A stretch of 64,000 bases of DNA from the IMG/VR virus record IMGVR_UViG_3300049048_000052, positions 62,001 to 126,000 of that record; one strand, written 5' to 3'. Below are positions 28,533-38,119 of this stretch, one piece after another. The position numbers and the translations under genes were made by a program. The notes below the pieces were generated by a model, which did no database searches, had not been told where the DNA came from, and saw nothing but the letters and a program-made list of their open reading frames with translations. Numbering within the stretch: the stretch's first letter is position 1; every line of letters begins with the position of its first letter.

Positions 28533-29066
28533 ATGGTAAATACTATGGATGCAAATGATATATATGGGGCGCCAGCAATAGCCTCAACCTTTGATCTAAG
28601 TCAGATAATAGGGGTATATACCAATATATTCCCTGAGCTTAATGTTATTGGTTCATTCAATCAGAGGACCAGGGATAACATTAGAGAGAATAATAGGTCA
28701 ATAGAGTTCAGGGTAACCCATCAGTTCAGCAATAGCTATGAGAGGTACAATGATGTCTCATCCTGGCTGATAGCCTCCATGTGGTATAACAGTGAGGCCT
28801 TTATGATTATGAGGAACGTAGGAAGGAATGGGGATAACTACCCTAGCTTCTTTGTGACTGATAGCCAGACCTATCATACTGCCCTATACCATCTATTCAG
28901 TCTACTAGAGGTTGATGCTGACTTCTCTGATGAGGCATGGTCACCCCTCTCGGGAACCATAACTACGATGCCAGGGGAGCTAACAATGGTAGAGGTGGCC
29001 TATGATGATCCTACTTTGATCAAGGCATTAAATCATAGTATTAGATATGGTCCATTGACTTATTGA
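28533..29066 (+). CDS. hypothetical protein
   Basis: ORF track. Confidence 0.65.
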   Translation: MVNTMDANDIYGAPAIASTFDLSQIIGVYTNIFPELNVIGSFNQRTRDNIRENNRSIEFRVTHQFSNSYERYNDVSSWLIASMWYNSEAFMIMRNVGRNGDNYPSFFVTDSQTYHTALYHLFSLLEVDADFSDEAWSPLSGTITTMPGELTMVEVAYDDPTLIKALNHSIRYGPLTY

Positions 29067-29096
29067 TTATCAGTATTAAATAAAAGGTATATAAAC

Positions 29097-29942
29097 ATGA
29101 CGGCCTGGTGTAAGACGGATAAGGGCATTACTGCTTCCTATAGAGGCAAGATATATAACATATTAAGTACTAATCCTAAATATGGTGAGATCATTGAGCT
29201 CATTAAGGCTAAGGAATGGGAGAGTGCTATTGAGTTACTTGATGTAGCTCAGACAATCGAAAAGAAATCTGATGGTGCCTTTAGTGTTAGGGATGGTCTA
29301 GTGTATGTTAAGGGTGAGGATCGTCCTCTACCCGAGGTGTTATCTAAGAGAGTCCTAGACTTCTATGAGGAGGGCCTAGATTATGCACCGTTACTTAAGT
29401 TCTGGGGCCATGTTAAGTTGAACCCCAGTAACCGGGCAGTGGATAGATTATATGAATGTCTAGAACATAATCATCATCCTATTACTGAGGACGGCAACTT
29501 CCTTGCATATAAGAAGGTAAGGCAGAGTCCTGATGGTAACCTATATGATATTTATACCTATAGGAATGATAAGGGGACCTTCCTTAATAATGTAGGTCTT
29601 ACTGTAACTATACAAAGGAATCTAGTTGATGAGAATATCGACCAAACATGCTCTTATGGGTTGCATGTGGCTTCTTATGATTATGCTGCTAGAGTTTATG
29701 GTTCTGATAGCGATGTGCTCCTAGAGGTCGAGGTTAATCCTAAGGACGTAGTTGCTATTCCTCGTGACTATAATAACCAAAAGATGAGAGTCTGTGCCTA
29801 TAAGGTATTAGCTATCAGTGCTGGTTATGAGAGGACTGAGGCATACGTTGGGTATGATCAGTACGAGGATGAGGACGAAGAGGAAGCCTATTGGGATGAC
29901 CATTACAGCTATCTCTATGGGGACTATGATGAAGAATACTAA
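29097..29942 (+). CDS. rIIB: rIIB-like lysis-inhibition protein
   Basis: NPS.RAV..LY..L...PIT.DG.FLAYKKV; CS.GLHV; V.VNP.DVVAIP.DYN..K.RVC. Confidence 0.85.
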   Translation: MTAWCKTDKGITASYRGKIYNILSTNPKYGEIIELIKAKEWESAIELLDVAQTIEKKSDGAFSVRDGLVYVKGEDRPLPEVLSKRVLDFYEEGLDYAPLLKFWGHVKLNPSNRAVDRLYECLEHNHHPITEDGNFLAYKKVRQSPDGNLYDIYTYRNDKGTFLNNVGLTVTIQRNLVDENIDQTCSYGLHVASYDYAARVYGSDSDVLLEVEVNPKDVVAIPRDYNNQKMRVCAYKVLAISAGYERTEAYVGYDQYEDEDEEEAYWDDHYSYLYGDYDEEY

Positions 29943-30513
29943 GATAATTGGTATAGATATTGATGGAACTGTAGCCGATACGGGAGAGTGGTTTGCAAAG
30001 GCTCTCTCCAGGGCTACAGGTAAACAGTTGGGTTACTTGGATATCAGTGGTCATGGTTGGGTAGAGGAGGGTATATGCACTCCTCTCCAGTGTGAGGCAG
30101 TACTAAGAGAGTACTGGGATACTGGGTATATGGAAGTGGAACCTATGGAGGGAGCACGTAGGAAGATAAGAGGTCTATTGTTTAGTAGTGCGGCCCCCTG
30201 GGAGATCATATTTGTTACCGCTAGACCTATAGATATGCATGATAAAACGGAGGAGTGGCTGTGTAAACATGACTTCTATTATGATAGGTTGATCTGCACG
30301 GGCTCCCATAATAAGCATGAGCTACCCATAGACTTCTCCCTATTCATTGAGGATAGATATGAGACAGCCCTAGCATTTGCTGAGAAGGGTGTCCCATGTC
30401 TCCTCATTGATAACCCTTGGAACGCAGGTAAACCTGAGCATGACCTAATACATAGGTGTTATGGGGGTTGGGAAGAGGTTGGTGCCTATATTAGCGAAGG
30501 TGTGTATGTCTAA
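29929..30513 (+). CDS. HAD-family 5'(3')-deoxyribonucleotidase
   Basis: IGIDIDGTVAD, FVTARP, FIED, PWN. Confidence 0.85.
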   Translation: MKNTKIIGIDIDGTVADTGEWFAKALSRATGKQLGYLDISGHGWVEEGICTPLQCEAVLREYWDTGYMEVEPMEGARRKIRGLLFSSAAPWEIIFVTARPIDMHDKTEEWLCKHDFYYDRLICTGSHNKHELPIDFSLFIEDRYETALAFAEKGVPCLLIDNPWNAGKPEHDLIHRCYGGWEEVGAYISEGVYV

Positions 30514-30838
30514 AGAGTTCTTCATAACTGATGCACAGGAAGCTAAGCTTAACAAATGGTTAACCCAGGTTAAGAAGGAAGTCTGTGAGGAACAGATGGC
30601 CTTCTATCGTGATGCCATCATTAATCGTAGGGATGATGATATCTTACCTATTGAGTGGTATCAAACTAAACTTAGCTTCATAGAATCCTGTTACAGAGAA
30701 GACAAGTATTATCCTTATGAGGGGGCCTCTGGTGGAGGTCTAAGCTATACATTTGTGCCTACTGGTCTTGGTATGGCTGTCAGCTGTAATTACTTCGGAC
30801 GTGAGATAGACCTTACTGACCTCAATAGTTGGGGATAA
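30506..30838 (+). CDS. hypothetical protein (paralog of 31395..31754)
   Basis: QEAKLNKWL...SYTFVPTGLG...EIDL. Confidence 0.65.
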   Translation: MSKEFFITDAQEAKLNKWLTQVKKEVCEEQMAFYRDAIINRRDDDILPIEWYQTKLSFIESCYREDKYYPYEGASGGGLSYTFVPTGLGMAVSCNYFGREIDLTDLNSWG

Positions 30839-30840
30839 TT

Positions 30841-31392
30841 ATGCTCAAAGTAATTAGTCTGATGGGAGCCCCTGGCACAGGTAAGAGTACCTTAGCCCAT
30901 GGGCTCTTTTATTTGATTAGATCTCAGTTCCCCTATATTAAAACAGAGTTCGTCTCTGAATTTGCTAAAGACATGGTATGGAGAGGGGAACCCTTCCTTA
31001 GTCAAGGCTACATTACAAGTAACCAGTTCTACAGGATGAGGATTCTGCAGGGTAAGGTTGACCTAGTAGTAAGTGATAGTTGCCTTCTCAATGGTTTGTT
31101 ATACAAAGGAACCTGGGACAATAACTATATAGAAGATTTAATATTGGGTCTCCATAGTCACTTTGATAACTATGTAATACATACAGGCCCTCCTCCTAAA
31201 GAGTATGAATCCTCAGGTAGGATTCAGGAATATGAGGAGAGTATGGAGATACATAGGAATGGTATAGAAGAACTAAGACCTATGTCATCAAAGATGAAGA
31301 CGATACTACCTCATTTCCAGTCAGCTGAGTCTGTACTTGCTAGTGTTATTGATAATGGGTTTCTAGATAAGTTATTAGGTAAGACAAGTTAG
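30841..31392 (+). CDS. NadR/AAA_28-like P-loop kinase
   Basis: Walker A GAPGTGKST; EFAKD.VW; VVSDS. Confidence 0.8.
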   Translation: MLKVISLMGAPGTGKSTLAHGLFYLIRSQFPYIKTEFVSEFAKDMVWRGEPFLSQGYITSNQFYRMRILQGKVDLVVSDSCLLNGLLYKGTWDNNYIEDLILGLHSHFDNYVIHTGPPPKEYESSGRIQEYEESMEIHRNGIEELRPMSSKMKTILPHFQSAESVLASVIDNGFLDKLLGKTS

Positions 31393-31394
31393 TT

Positions 31395-31754
31395 ATGTTA
31401 GGTATAGATGATTATACTCTTGCACTATCGGATGAGCAGAGGACAAGACTAGAAGCCTGGATAGGGCCGGTAAGAGAGGCAGTAGCAGCCCAATATGTAA
31501 ATGATAGATGGGCAAAGTTCCATGCTTGGCATCCAGACTTTGGAGATAGCATAGATGTCCTAGAGACTTACGCTGAGATAGCAGAGGAACGGTTTGAGGC
31601 TGGGGACTATGAGGTACCCACTGAACTAGATGATGCTCTAACCATCATGTTTACTCATACTGAGGATGGCATAGTCACCCGTTGTAGATATCATGGTTAT
31701 GAGATAAACCTAGATACTGGTGAAGAGAGATATACTGGTGAAGATGATTATTAA
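31395..31754 (+). CDS. hypothetical protein (paralog of 30506..30838)
   Basis: QRTRLEAWI...TIMFTHTEDG...EINL. Confidence 0.65.
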   Translation: MLGIDDYTLALSDEQRTRLEAWIGPVREAVAAQYVNDRWAKFHAWHPDFGDSIDVLETYAEIAEERFEAGDYEVPTELDDALTIMFTHTEDGIVTRCRYHGYEINLDTGEERYTGEDDY

Positions 31755-31839
31755 CCTTTGTAACTAATGGGATGAGGGCATCCCGGTAATAACTATTGAA
31801 GCATCTATCTATTAGGTGTAGTTCTTAGCGGAGAAACTC

Positions 31840-32415
31840 ATGTCCATATTTACCAAGGAGCAGTTGCTTCATATCTACGATGGTAGGTTTAGAGATAAAA
31901 ACGGTAAGCTCCTCAAAAGGATGACTGACATCCTAAATATACCCTGCACTATCTTCTGTGATATTACCAAGAACGATATGATCTTAGTATTTGTTCAAGG
32001 TATACAGGAAGGTAAACAAGTTACCTATGAGGTGGTAGAGGTTGAGATAGGAGATAATGTACCTCCTATCTTAGATGTTAGAGGAGAGGAGAGACCCCTT
32101 AATAAGGCACTGATCATTCCAGTAGCTGTATTACCTCATGTTATACCTGGACGTATCCTCAATAAACCTCCAGACTTTGGAGATACTGAAAGGCGAATCA
32201 ACAAGGGTAAGACCCTGTTCTTCTCTTATGAAGAAGAGCAAACAGGTAGACATGTCTATCACCTGATCTGGAAGGTGGGTCTTGACACTAGGGGTAGGGA
32301 CTATATAGCTGTACTGGGTTTAGAGGCAAAGCCCTTTAAGCAACTAAAGCTGTATACACCTCAGTTTGCAAGGACCAAATCTGAGGCGAGAGAGCTTAAG
32401 CTTGTGGCCAATTGA
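31840..32415 (+). CDS. hypothetical protein
   Basis: ORF track; GGAG RBS. Confidence 0.7.
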   Translation: MSIFTKEQLLHIYDGRFRDKNGKLLKRMTDILNIPCTIFCDITKNDMILVFVQGIQEGKQVTYEVVEVEIGDNVPPILDVRGEERPLNKALIIPVAVLPHVIPGRILNKPPDFGDTERRINKGKTLFFSYEEEQTGRHVYHLIWKVGLDTRGRDYIAVLGLEAKPFKQLKLYTPQFARTKSEARELKLVAN

Positions 32416-32440
32416 TTGTTCTACATAAGGAACAATAAGA

Positions 32441-33037
32441 ATGGGATGCTTTGATAGCACCTGTGCATTGACGAGGACCTCTATCCATCATGGTGACGAG
32501 GTCCTTTATGTTCAGGTTCAACCTGATGATGCAATGGACACCTATAGCTTAGTGCATGAATTCTGGAGAGTTAAAGCTCTAGCCAAATACCATGCAGAGT
32601 GTGAAGACTTAATAAAAGAGAACCCGGCACATGCTAAGTTATTTGAGATCCAAGAGCGGCAAGTTAGAAGGTTTATCCGTCATGTAGCCATTGGTATATA
32701 TGATGATTATGGCTCTATCGAGGGCTTTGATAACGAGGACAGTGTGACTAGAAGGGATTGGATGGAGTTTCAATTCATGATTCATAGGAAGGCGGCTGAG
32801 CTATTTCTAGGTGAGTCCTTGGATCCAAATAGTCTATTTGATCAGTTAGATAGGCTAGTAGAGAAGTGTTTCTCAGCTCGTATCCAACTCTTTGGTCATC
32901 ATCTTATAGGTGCCCAACACTTTGATAGGGAAGAGTTAGCTCTACAGGAGTTAGTGATTGAGGCTACTCAACTCATGATCAATGAGAAGAAAGAATATAT
33001 TAGAATCAATTGGGATGAAGATGATGAAGGACAATGA
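32441..33037 (+). CDS. conserved hypothetical phage protein
   Basis: MGCFD.TC..T..SI..GD.V N-terminus; YDDYG.IE motif. Confidence 0.7.
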   Translation: MGCFDSTCALTRTSIHHGDEVLYVQVQPDDAMDTYSLVHEFWRVKALAKYHAECEDLIKENPAHAKLFEIQERQVRRFIRHVAIGIYDDYGSIEGFDNEDSVTRRDWMEFQFMIHRKAAELFLGESLDPNSLFDQLDRLVEKCFSARIQLFGHHLIGAQHFDREELALQELVIEATQLMINEKKEYIRINWDEDDEGQ

Positions 33038-33209
33038 TGGATGTACTATTTTATGCAGACTCACTAGTAATGGGGAGTCTAAACGCATATGGTTACCCGA
33101 GTCTGAGGCTGTAGTAGGAAAAGAACTAGACCTTGAGACCGAGGGTCGTTGGACTTACAAGTGGTTAGTAGAAGAGATCAATCTTGATCCTAATATAGTA
33201 GAAGGATAG
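32982..33209 (+). CDS. hypothetical protein
   Basis: ORF track. Confidence 0.5.
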   Translation: MRRKNILESIGMKMMKDNDGCTILCRLTSNGESKRIWLPESEAVVGKELDLETEGRWTYKWLVEEINLDPNIVEG

Positions 33210-33540
33210 CTGATATATAAGGGCTCTCCTCGAAGAGCAATATAGGGAATCATTCTTGACCTGATGGTTCCCTTTCCTATTTACAATATTATAGAAGAGC
33301 CTAGGCTCACTGGTTTAGTAGTTGGATATTCCGGGGTCCCCATAAAGGACCCCTTTCTACATTAATTAATATATAAGGTCCCTTGTGATCGTCTCAAATC
33401 CCTAAATGTGGAGGGTCCCAACTAGGACCCTCTTTCTTATAGTAACTATTATATAAACCGCACCCCTCCCTTTGTGAACAATATAAGGGATGTCCTGAGG
33501 GGTGTGTTGATATGGGTAGACATCCCTATTTCTTAAACTA
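33210..33540 (+). ncRNA. second array of four putative small RNA units
   Basis: TATATAAG-like boxes at 33214, 33290, 33370 and 33450, each followed by 60-85 nt ending in a hairpin plus TTTC. Confidence 0.5.
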
Positions 33541-33552
33541 AGGATCAAGTAT

Positions 33553-34299
33553 ATGAATAAGCCACTATGGTTACACGCTCTCATAGCCCAGATAACTGAT
33601 ACTAAGAAGAGAGCGGAGGGCATCAAGAAGTCCGTATATCAGAAGTTACAGAAGGCTACTCTCTTCGTAGCTACACTAAAGGAGTACACCCCATTAGTAG
33701 AGGGAGGTATACAGTACACATCTGAGGGTACATCAATCGTACCTGAATCAGTACCTCTACTATTGGATGAGTTCAATGAGGCTGTCTCCAAACTATTAAA
33801 TGAGATGGCTACCCAGGATTGGGGCAATACAAAGGCTAAGGCCGATGTTATTATTGATGATATAGTTATTGTTAAGGATGCACCTGTAACATTCCTAATG
33901 GCGTTACAGAGTCAGCTAATTGATTATAGAACTTTGTTTGATCATGTACCCACTCTAAGTCCCGTGGACAAGTGGGAATATAATGCAGGTCAAATGGTAT
34001 GGAGCACACCAGCTACCATTACTAATAAGGAACAAGTAATTAAGGAGTGGGTACCTATCTTCCAACCTACAGAGCACCACCCAGGTGAGGCCAAGGAAGT
34101 ATCTAGGACAAAGCTAGAGGGTACATGGGAGAGCCGTAAGTTTAGTACTGCACTACTCCCTTCCCACAGGAAAGAATTGCTACAGAGGGTTGATAGACTA
34201 ATTGAGGCGGTAAAGGTGGCACGTGAGGAGGCCAACCGTATTCAAGTAGAACCCAAGGATGTAGCTACAAGTATCATTGGGTACCTAATGGGTGCCTGA
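33553..34299 (+). CDS. conserved uncharacterised coiled-coil protein (DUF7873-like by recall), cognate of the downstream tRNA-mimic RNA
   Basis: ATQDWGNTKAKADV..D...APVTFLMALQSQL.D...P...W; F.PTEHHP; G.W....FS.AL....ELL.RV..L.EAVK.AREEAN. Confidence 0.7.
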   Translation: MNKPLWLHALIAQITDTKKRAEGIKKSVYQKLQKATLFVATLKEYTPLVEGGIQYTSEGTSIVPESVPLLLDEFNEAVSKLLNEMATQDWGNTKAKADVIIDDIVIVKDAPVTFLMALQSQLIDYRTLFDHVPTLSPVDKWEYNAGQMVWSTPATITNKEQVIKEWVPIFQPTEHHPGEAKEVSRTKLEGTWESRKFSTALLPSHRKELLQRVDRLIEAVKVAREEANRIQVEPKDVATSIIGYLMGA

Positions 34300-34712
34300 T
34301 GGTAAACGGCGTAGGCTAAGGTTAAAGGTGTATAGGTAATAGTGTAGGTTCGAATCCTGCCCTTCCCATATATGGGAAGGTAGTCCAACTGGTAGAGACT
34401 GTCCAATACACTATATAAGACTGAGCATTAAGTTCAGATTATCGCCCTAGACTAAGTCTAAGGACAACAGCTCAGGTCGACTGTCTAGGACAACATTGAC
34501 CCACGTTGGTTCGAATCCAACCCAGGCCGCTTGGGGGCGACCCTATATGGGTAGGTAGCTGTCACACTTCTACCCCTTTCTTGGCCTGGTAGACTAGAGG
34601 TTAGTCAGGTCTTTATTAGATTGATCCTAGACAACTGGAAATGAGAATACTGAGATCACTGTTGATGGGGGATTACTAATGCAAGGCATACTGCATGGTA
34701 ATCCCCTTCCTA
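34300..34712 (+). ncRNA. tandem circularly permuted tRNA-mimic RNA (two YrlA-like modules)
   Basis: module 1: T arm 34344-60, closed acceptor CCTTCCCA-TATA-TGGGAAGG, D arm 34383-99; module 2: T arm 34505-21, CCAGGCC/GGCCTGG, D arm GACT-AGAGGTT-AGTC, closing TGTCTAGGA/TCCTAGACA; 3' hairpin GGGGATTAC/GTAATCCCC. Confidence 0.8.
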
Positions 34713-34734
34713 TTATTAATAAAGGAGAAAGAAG

Positions 34735-35034
34735 ATGGGCGCACATAGTACGTTGGACATAAGTAAGTCCGATGCAATTAGTCAGGTTACAAGATGGTTA
34801 GAAGAGAAGAAGGATAGGATCGTAAGGGATCCTAATAGTCTACTAACTAGGGCGCTCACTAAGTTTGAAGCCGAGAAGGCAAGGAAGTTCCTATTGGATG
34901 AGCCGTTAAATGAGGCTGAGTGGGAGGCACTCAAGGACTCCATACCTACTCTAAGTAGAGAGGAATTAGAAGTATTACTAGATAGGTTGGAGGAGGACCT
35001 GTATAACTATAATGTCATCGAGTGGGAGCATTAG
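34735..35034 (+). CDS. hypothetical protein
   Basis: AAGGAG RBS; MGAHSTLDIS...YN motif. Confidence 0.7.
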   Translation: MGAHSTLDISKSDAISQVTRWLEEKKDRIVRDPNSLLTRALTKFEAEKARKFLLDEPLNEAEWEALKDSIPTLSREELEVLLDRLEEDLYNYNVIEWEH

Positions 35035-35206
35035 GATCAACAGGGAGGAAGCCTTTGCCATTCTATGGCAGGAGGTTGCTATGAAACGTGATGTAATTAG
35101 TAATGAGACCTTAGGTCAACTAGTTAGTGTTATTAAGGGGGATGACTACGAAGTGGTAGATCCCCCATTGACTATAGATAAAGAGAGTAATGAATCTGAT
35201 ACGTAA
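35012..35206 (+). CDS. hypothetical protein
   Basis: ORF track. Confidence 0.5.
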   Translation: MSSSGSIRINREEAFAILWQEVAMKRDVISNETLGQLVSVIKGDDYEVVDPPLTIDKESNESDT

Positions 35207-35420
35207 AGTTGAGGCAGTTGGCCTCATTAAGACTTATTTGGAATCCAACAAGAAGAATATAGTCCTAGATGATGGAGGGATGGCCCTCTCTAATCTTGAT
35301 GGTATACCCATAAAAGATAACTGGGATAATACCTTCAGGGGTGTAGGTAGGTTAACTATCCCTGAGTTACAGGGGATACTCAATACAATAGATCCAACCT
35401 CAGGTTACAAAGTCATATGA
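35190..35420 (+). CDS. hypothetical protein
   Basis: ORF track. Confidence 0.55.
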   Translation: MNLIRKVEAVGLIKTYLESNKKNIVLDDGGMALSNLDGIPIKDNWDNTFRGVGRLTIPELQGILNTIDPTSGYKVI

Positions 35421-35642
35421 TCCCAGTAGAGATCGGGAGTCTACCCCATTGACATAGAGGAGTAGGTATCTCACAGTTTAGGAATTTGTCATCCTAGACC
35501 TTGGGGAGTCTCTTAGTAGGTAATAGGTACCTGATTGCTTGCTATATAGTTGTCCTTAATAATGGCCATTATCTCTGGACAATCTTGGTATTCGGGGGAG
35601 TATATCTCCCCTATTTTAATAATAGGAAGTTAAGGAGTAGTC

Positions 35643-36017
35643 ATGAGTCATTTCCAACCGGTACGCACAAGAGTTACAGACATTGAAGCTCTCAAGAAGG
35701 CTATCGAGGCCTGTGGTATGCGCTACACTAGCAATGTCCACATCACTAACTGCGCTGGTGCCCTAAGAGATAGACCCGCATTATTGGGGGTTCTCTGCCC
35801 TGACCTTATTAGTAAAGGTATGGACAGAGGCTGCCGTCTGGGTTTTGAGCAGGGTGCTGATGCTATCTTTGCTACTTACTATGTAAGTGATAGCGAAGAT
35901 GCGAGTAATCAACTGGAGCAAATCCTCTCTCGCTATGCTGCTATCGAAGTGCAGCAAAAGGCCCAAAGTAGGACAGGACTCAAGGGGGCTATCGTCAATG
36001 TCTCAGTGCAACATTGA
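35643..36017 (+). CDS. DUF1257/Ycf35-like protein
   Basis: MSHF..V.T.VTD.EALKKA; I..RYA..EV..KA. Confidence 0.7.
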   Translation: MSHFQPVRTRVTDIEALKKAIEACGMRYTSNVHITNCAGALRDRPALLGVLCPDLISKGMDRGCRLGFEQGADAIFATYYVSDSEDASNQLEQILSRYAAIEVQQKAQSRTGLKGAIVNVSVQH

Positions 36018-36636
36018 TTGCCAGTATTACCTGGTAGCAAGAAAACCTCTGTGCACCTTCCATATCAAACCACCTCCTAGATTTGAGGAATGTAGTGCTT
36101 ATATTAAGGATGATTCCGAACTCCTTAGTAGAGACTCTGCTAAGACTTACTGGGAGATGTATGGCAATGGCAGATCTCAGCTGCCTAAATGGTTGGGGGT
36201 GGGGAAACACCATGAAGTTCTTAATAGTACATTAACTATTAAGAGTGAAGGCAGAAACATTAGGCTCGTAGATATGACTATCACAGTCAAGAGCGGTACC
36301 AGCCCTAGTTATGTACTCACTAATGTCTTAAGGGGAATGATTAGTAGTTGGTCCCCTAACTACAAGATAAGCACTATGGGTATGGGTAGGTTCTATGTTA
36401 TTAAGCTGTCTTTTGAGATTGCTAGACATAGGCTCTGGGAGATCAGCCGTAAACCTAAGAAGGTAATACACAGGCCTAGTGATAGAAAGAGATATAGGAT
36501 GTTAGATACTATCCTTGAGTACACCAACTTTATGGGTTATGGTAATGGTCCTATAACCCCTCCTAATGTCTTTAATCTAACGGTAGAGGAGATGAGTGTC
36601 TTCATGGATAAATATCTAAGACCTAATCAGCCTTAG
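35887..36636 (+). CDS. hypothetical protein
   Basis: ORF track; true start probably MSQCNID at ~35998. Confidence 0.6.
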   Translation: MIAKMRVINWSKSSLAMLLSKCSKRPKVGQDSRGLSSMSQCNIDCQYYLVARKPLCTFHIKPPPRFEECSAYIKDDSELLSRDSAKTYWEMYGNGRSQLPKWLGVGKHHEVLNSTLTIKSEGRNIRLVDMTITVKSGTSPSYVLTNVLRGMISSWSPNYKISTMGMGRFYVIKLSFEIARHRLWEISRKPKKVIHRPSDRKRYRMLDTILEYTNFMGYGNGPITPPNVFNLTVEEMSVFMDKYLRPNQP

Positions 36637-36683
36637 TCATATATGGAGGGGTAATCGCCTCTCCATATATCACAAGGAGCTAT

Positions 36684-37472
36684 ATGGATCTGGCAGTCAG
36701 GATCAAGGAATTCTATGAGTATGCATACCGCACCTTCCTACCCAGGAGGATGCCAGTCATACTTAGAGTAGATGGTAAGGCATTCCACTCTTATACAAGG
36801 GGTATGAATAGACCCTTTGATGAGAGATTGGAAGAAGTAATGAACCTTGTAGCTATTAAGCTATGTAAGGAAATACAAGGTGCTCAGATAGCCTATGTGC
36901 AATCTGATGAGATCAGTATATTAATTCATGGTTATAAGAAGCTCAATAGTGAGTCATGGTTTGGTAATAATGTACAGAAGATGACCAGTGTTAGTGCTGG
37001 TATAGCTAGTGCATGGTTTACCTACCACTCATCTAGGTTAACTACTGTATCTGAGGATATAGGTAATACCCAACAGTTTATAGAATCTAAGCTAAAGCCA
37101 GCAGTATTTGACTCTAGGGTATTCGTACTCCCTGAATCAGAGGTATGTAACTACTTCATATGGAGACAGCAGGATGCTACTCGCAATAGTATCTCTATGC
37201 TTGCCCAGTCTTTATACTCCCATAAGGAGTTAAATGGGGTTACATGTAATCAGATGCAGGAGCTCTGTTTCCAGAAGGGTCATAACTGGAATGATCTACC
37301 TATCATTAGAAAGAGGGGTAGATGTATTCGTAAGTTTATTAGGTATACACCTGTAGCTGGAAGACCTGAGGGTAATACAGTTGCTAGATCCTATTGGGAT
37401 GTAGACTATGAGACTCCTATCTTTACTGAGAATCGTAACTATATTGAAGATCTATTAAAGACATATGAGTAG
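36684..37472 (+). CDS. thg1: tRNA(His) guanylyltransferase Thg1/TLP
   Basis: RVDGKAFH, YVQSDEIS, FDSRV, NYF.WRQ.DA.RNSI. Confidence 0.93.
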   Translation: MDLAVRIKEFYEYAYRTFLPRRMPVILRVDGKAFHSYTRGMNRPFDERLEEVMNLVAIKLCKEIQGAQIAYVQSDEISILIHGYKKLNSESWFGNNVQKMTSVSAGIASAWFTYHSSRLTTVSEDIGNTQQFIESKLKPAVFDSRVFVLPESEVCNYFIWRQQDATRNSISMLAQSLYSHKELNGVTCNQMQELCFQKGHNWNDLPIIRKRGRCIRKFIRYTPVAGRPEGNTVARSYWDVDYETPIFTENRNYIEDLLKTYE

Positions 37473-37863
37473 TATTAAAGAGGAGAGGGCCAGAGAACTG
37501 GCCGGGTATATATCCAAAATACTGAGAGTAGTAGGGCAAGCAGATATCTCACCCTCTTCCTCTGTTTACCACTATAGAGGAGGGGATAAATATCCCTTTA
37601 TCCTTAGAGCCTGCATGGGACCTGTTAGTTTTGAATATGAGACTAATGGACTAATCAGGAAGAAGAATAGCTACATGATAGAGGTCCTATCTCTAGGTGT
37701 TAAACAATGTTGGTTTAGACTAAGGATGTTCCCTAAAGTTAAGGGTGGCTATCGGTATAGGGTAGATACCTTATTAGAGGGCCCCTGGATTGAACAGCTA
37801 ATGGACCTAAATAAACAGGTGCTGATACTTCAGACTACTAAGGATCTAATGACTATTAAATAG
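37465..37863 (+). CDS. hypothetical protein
   Basis: ORF track. Confidence 0.6.
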   Translation: MSSIKEERARELAGYISKILRVVGQADISPSSSVYHYRGGDKYPFILRACMGPVSFEYETNGLIRKKNSYMIEVLSLGVKQCWFRLRMFPKVKGGYRYRVDTLLEGPWIEQLMDLNKQVLILQTTKDLMTIK

Positions 37864-37936
37864 TCTAATAGAGAACTGTAGAGTAGGGTTGCAAACATCC
37901 TACTCATTTTCTGCTGTCTCTTAATAAGAGGTATAT

Positions 37937-38119
37937 ATGAATGAGGATAAAATGTATGAGAAGTTATCTCGTGCTGTACTTTATCTTGACCGTGCGTTTA
38001 AGAATCACTACGCTATGCATGGTCAAGAGATGGAGTTGAGTGTAGCTATAGACTCAATAATAAATAGATTTGAACCTACTATAAATAGATTAGCCCTAAG
38101 GAATATAGATGAGTCATAA
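37937..38119 (+). CDS. hypothetical protein
   Basis: GAGG RBS. Confidence 0.55.
   Translation: MNEDKMYEKLSRAVLYLDRAFKNHYAMHGQEMELSVAIDSIINRFEPTINRLALRNIDES

Noticed and set aside
33402-33626. Minus-strand ORF over the small-unit array
   Set aside because: Low-complexity, crosses hairpins and promoter boxes, overlaps the real gene start
36684-37472. Cognate tRNA-His for Thg1
   Set aside because: No GUG-anticodon tRNA found in this window; it may lie elsewhere in the genome
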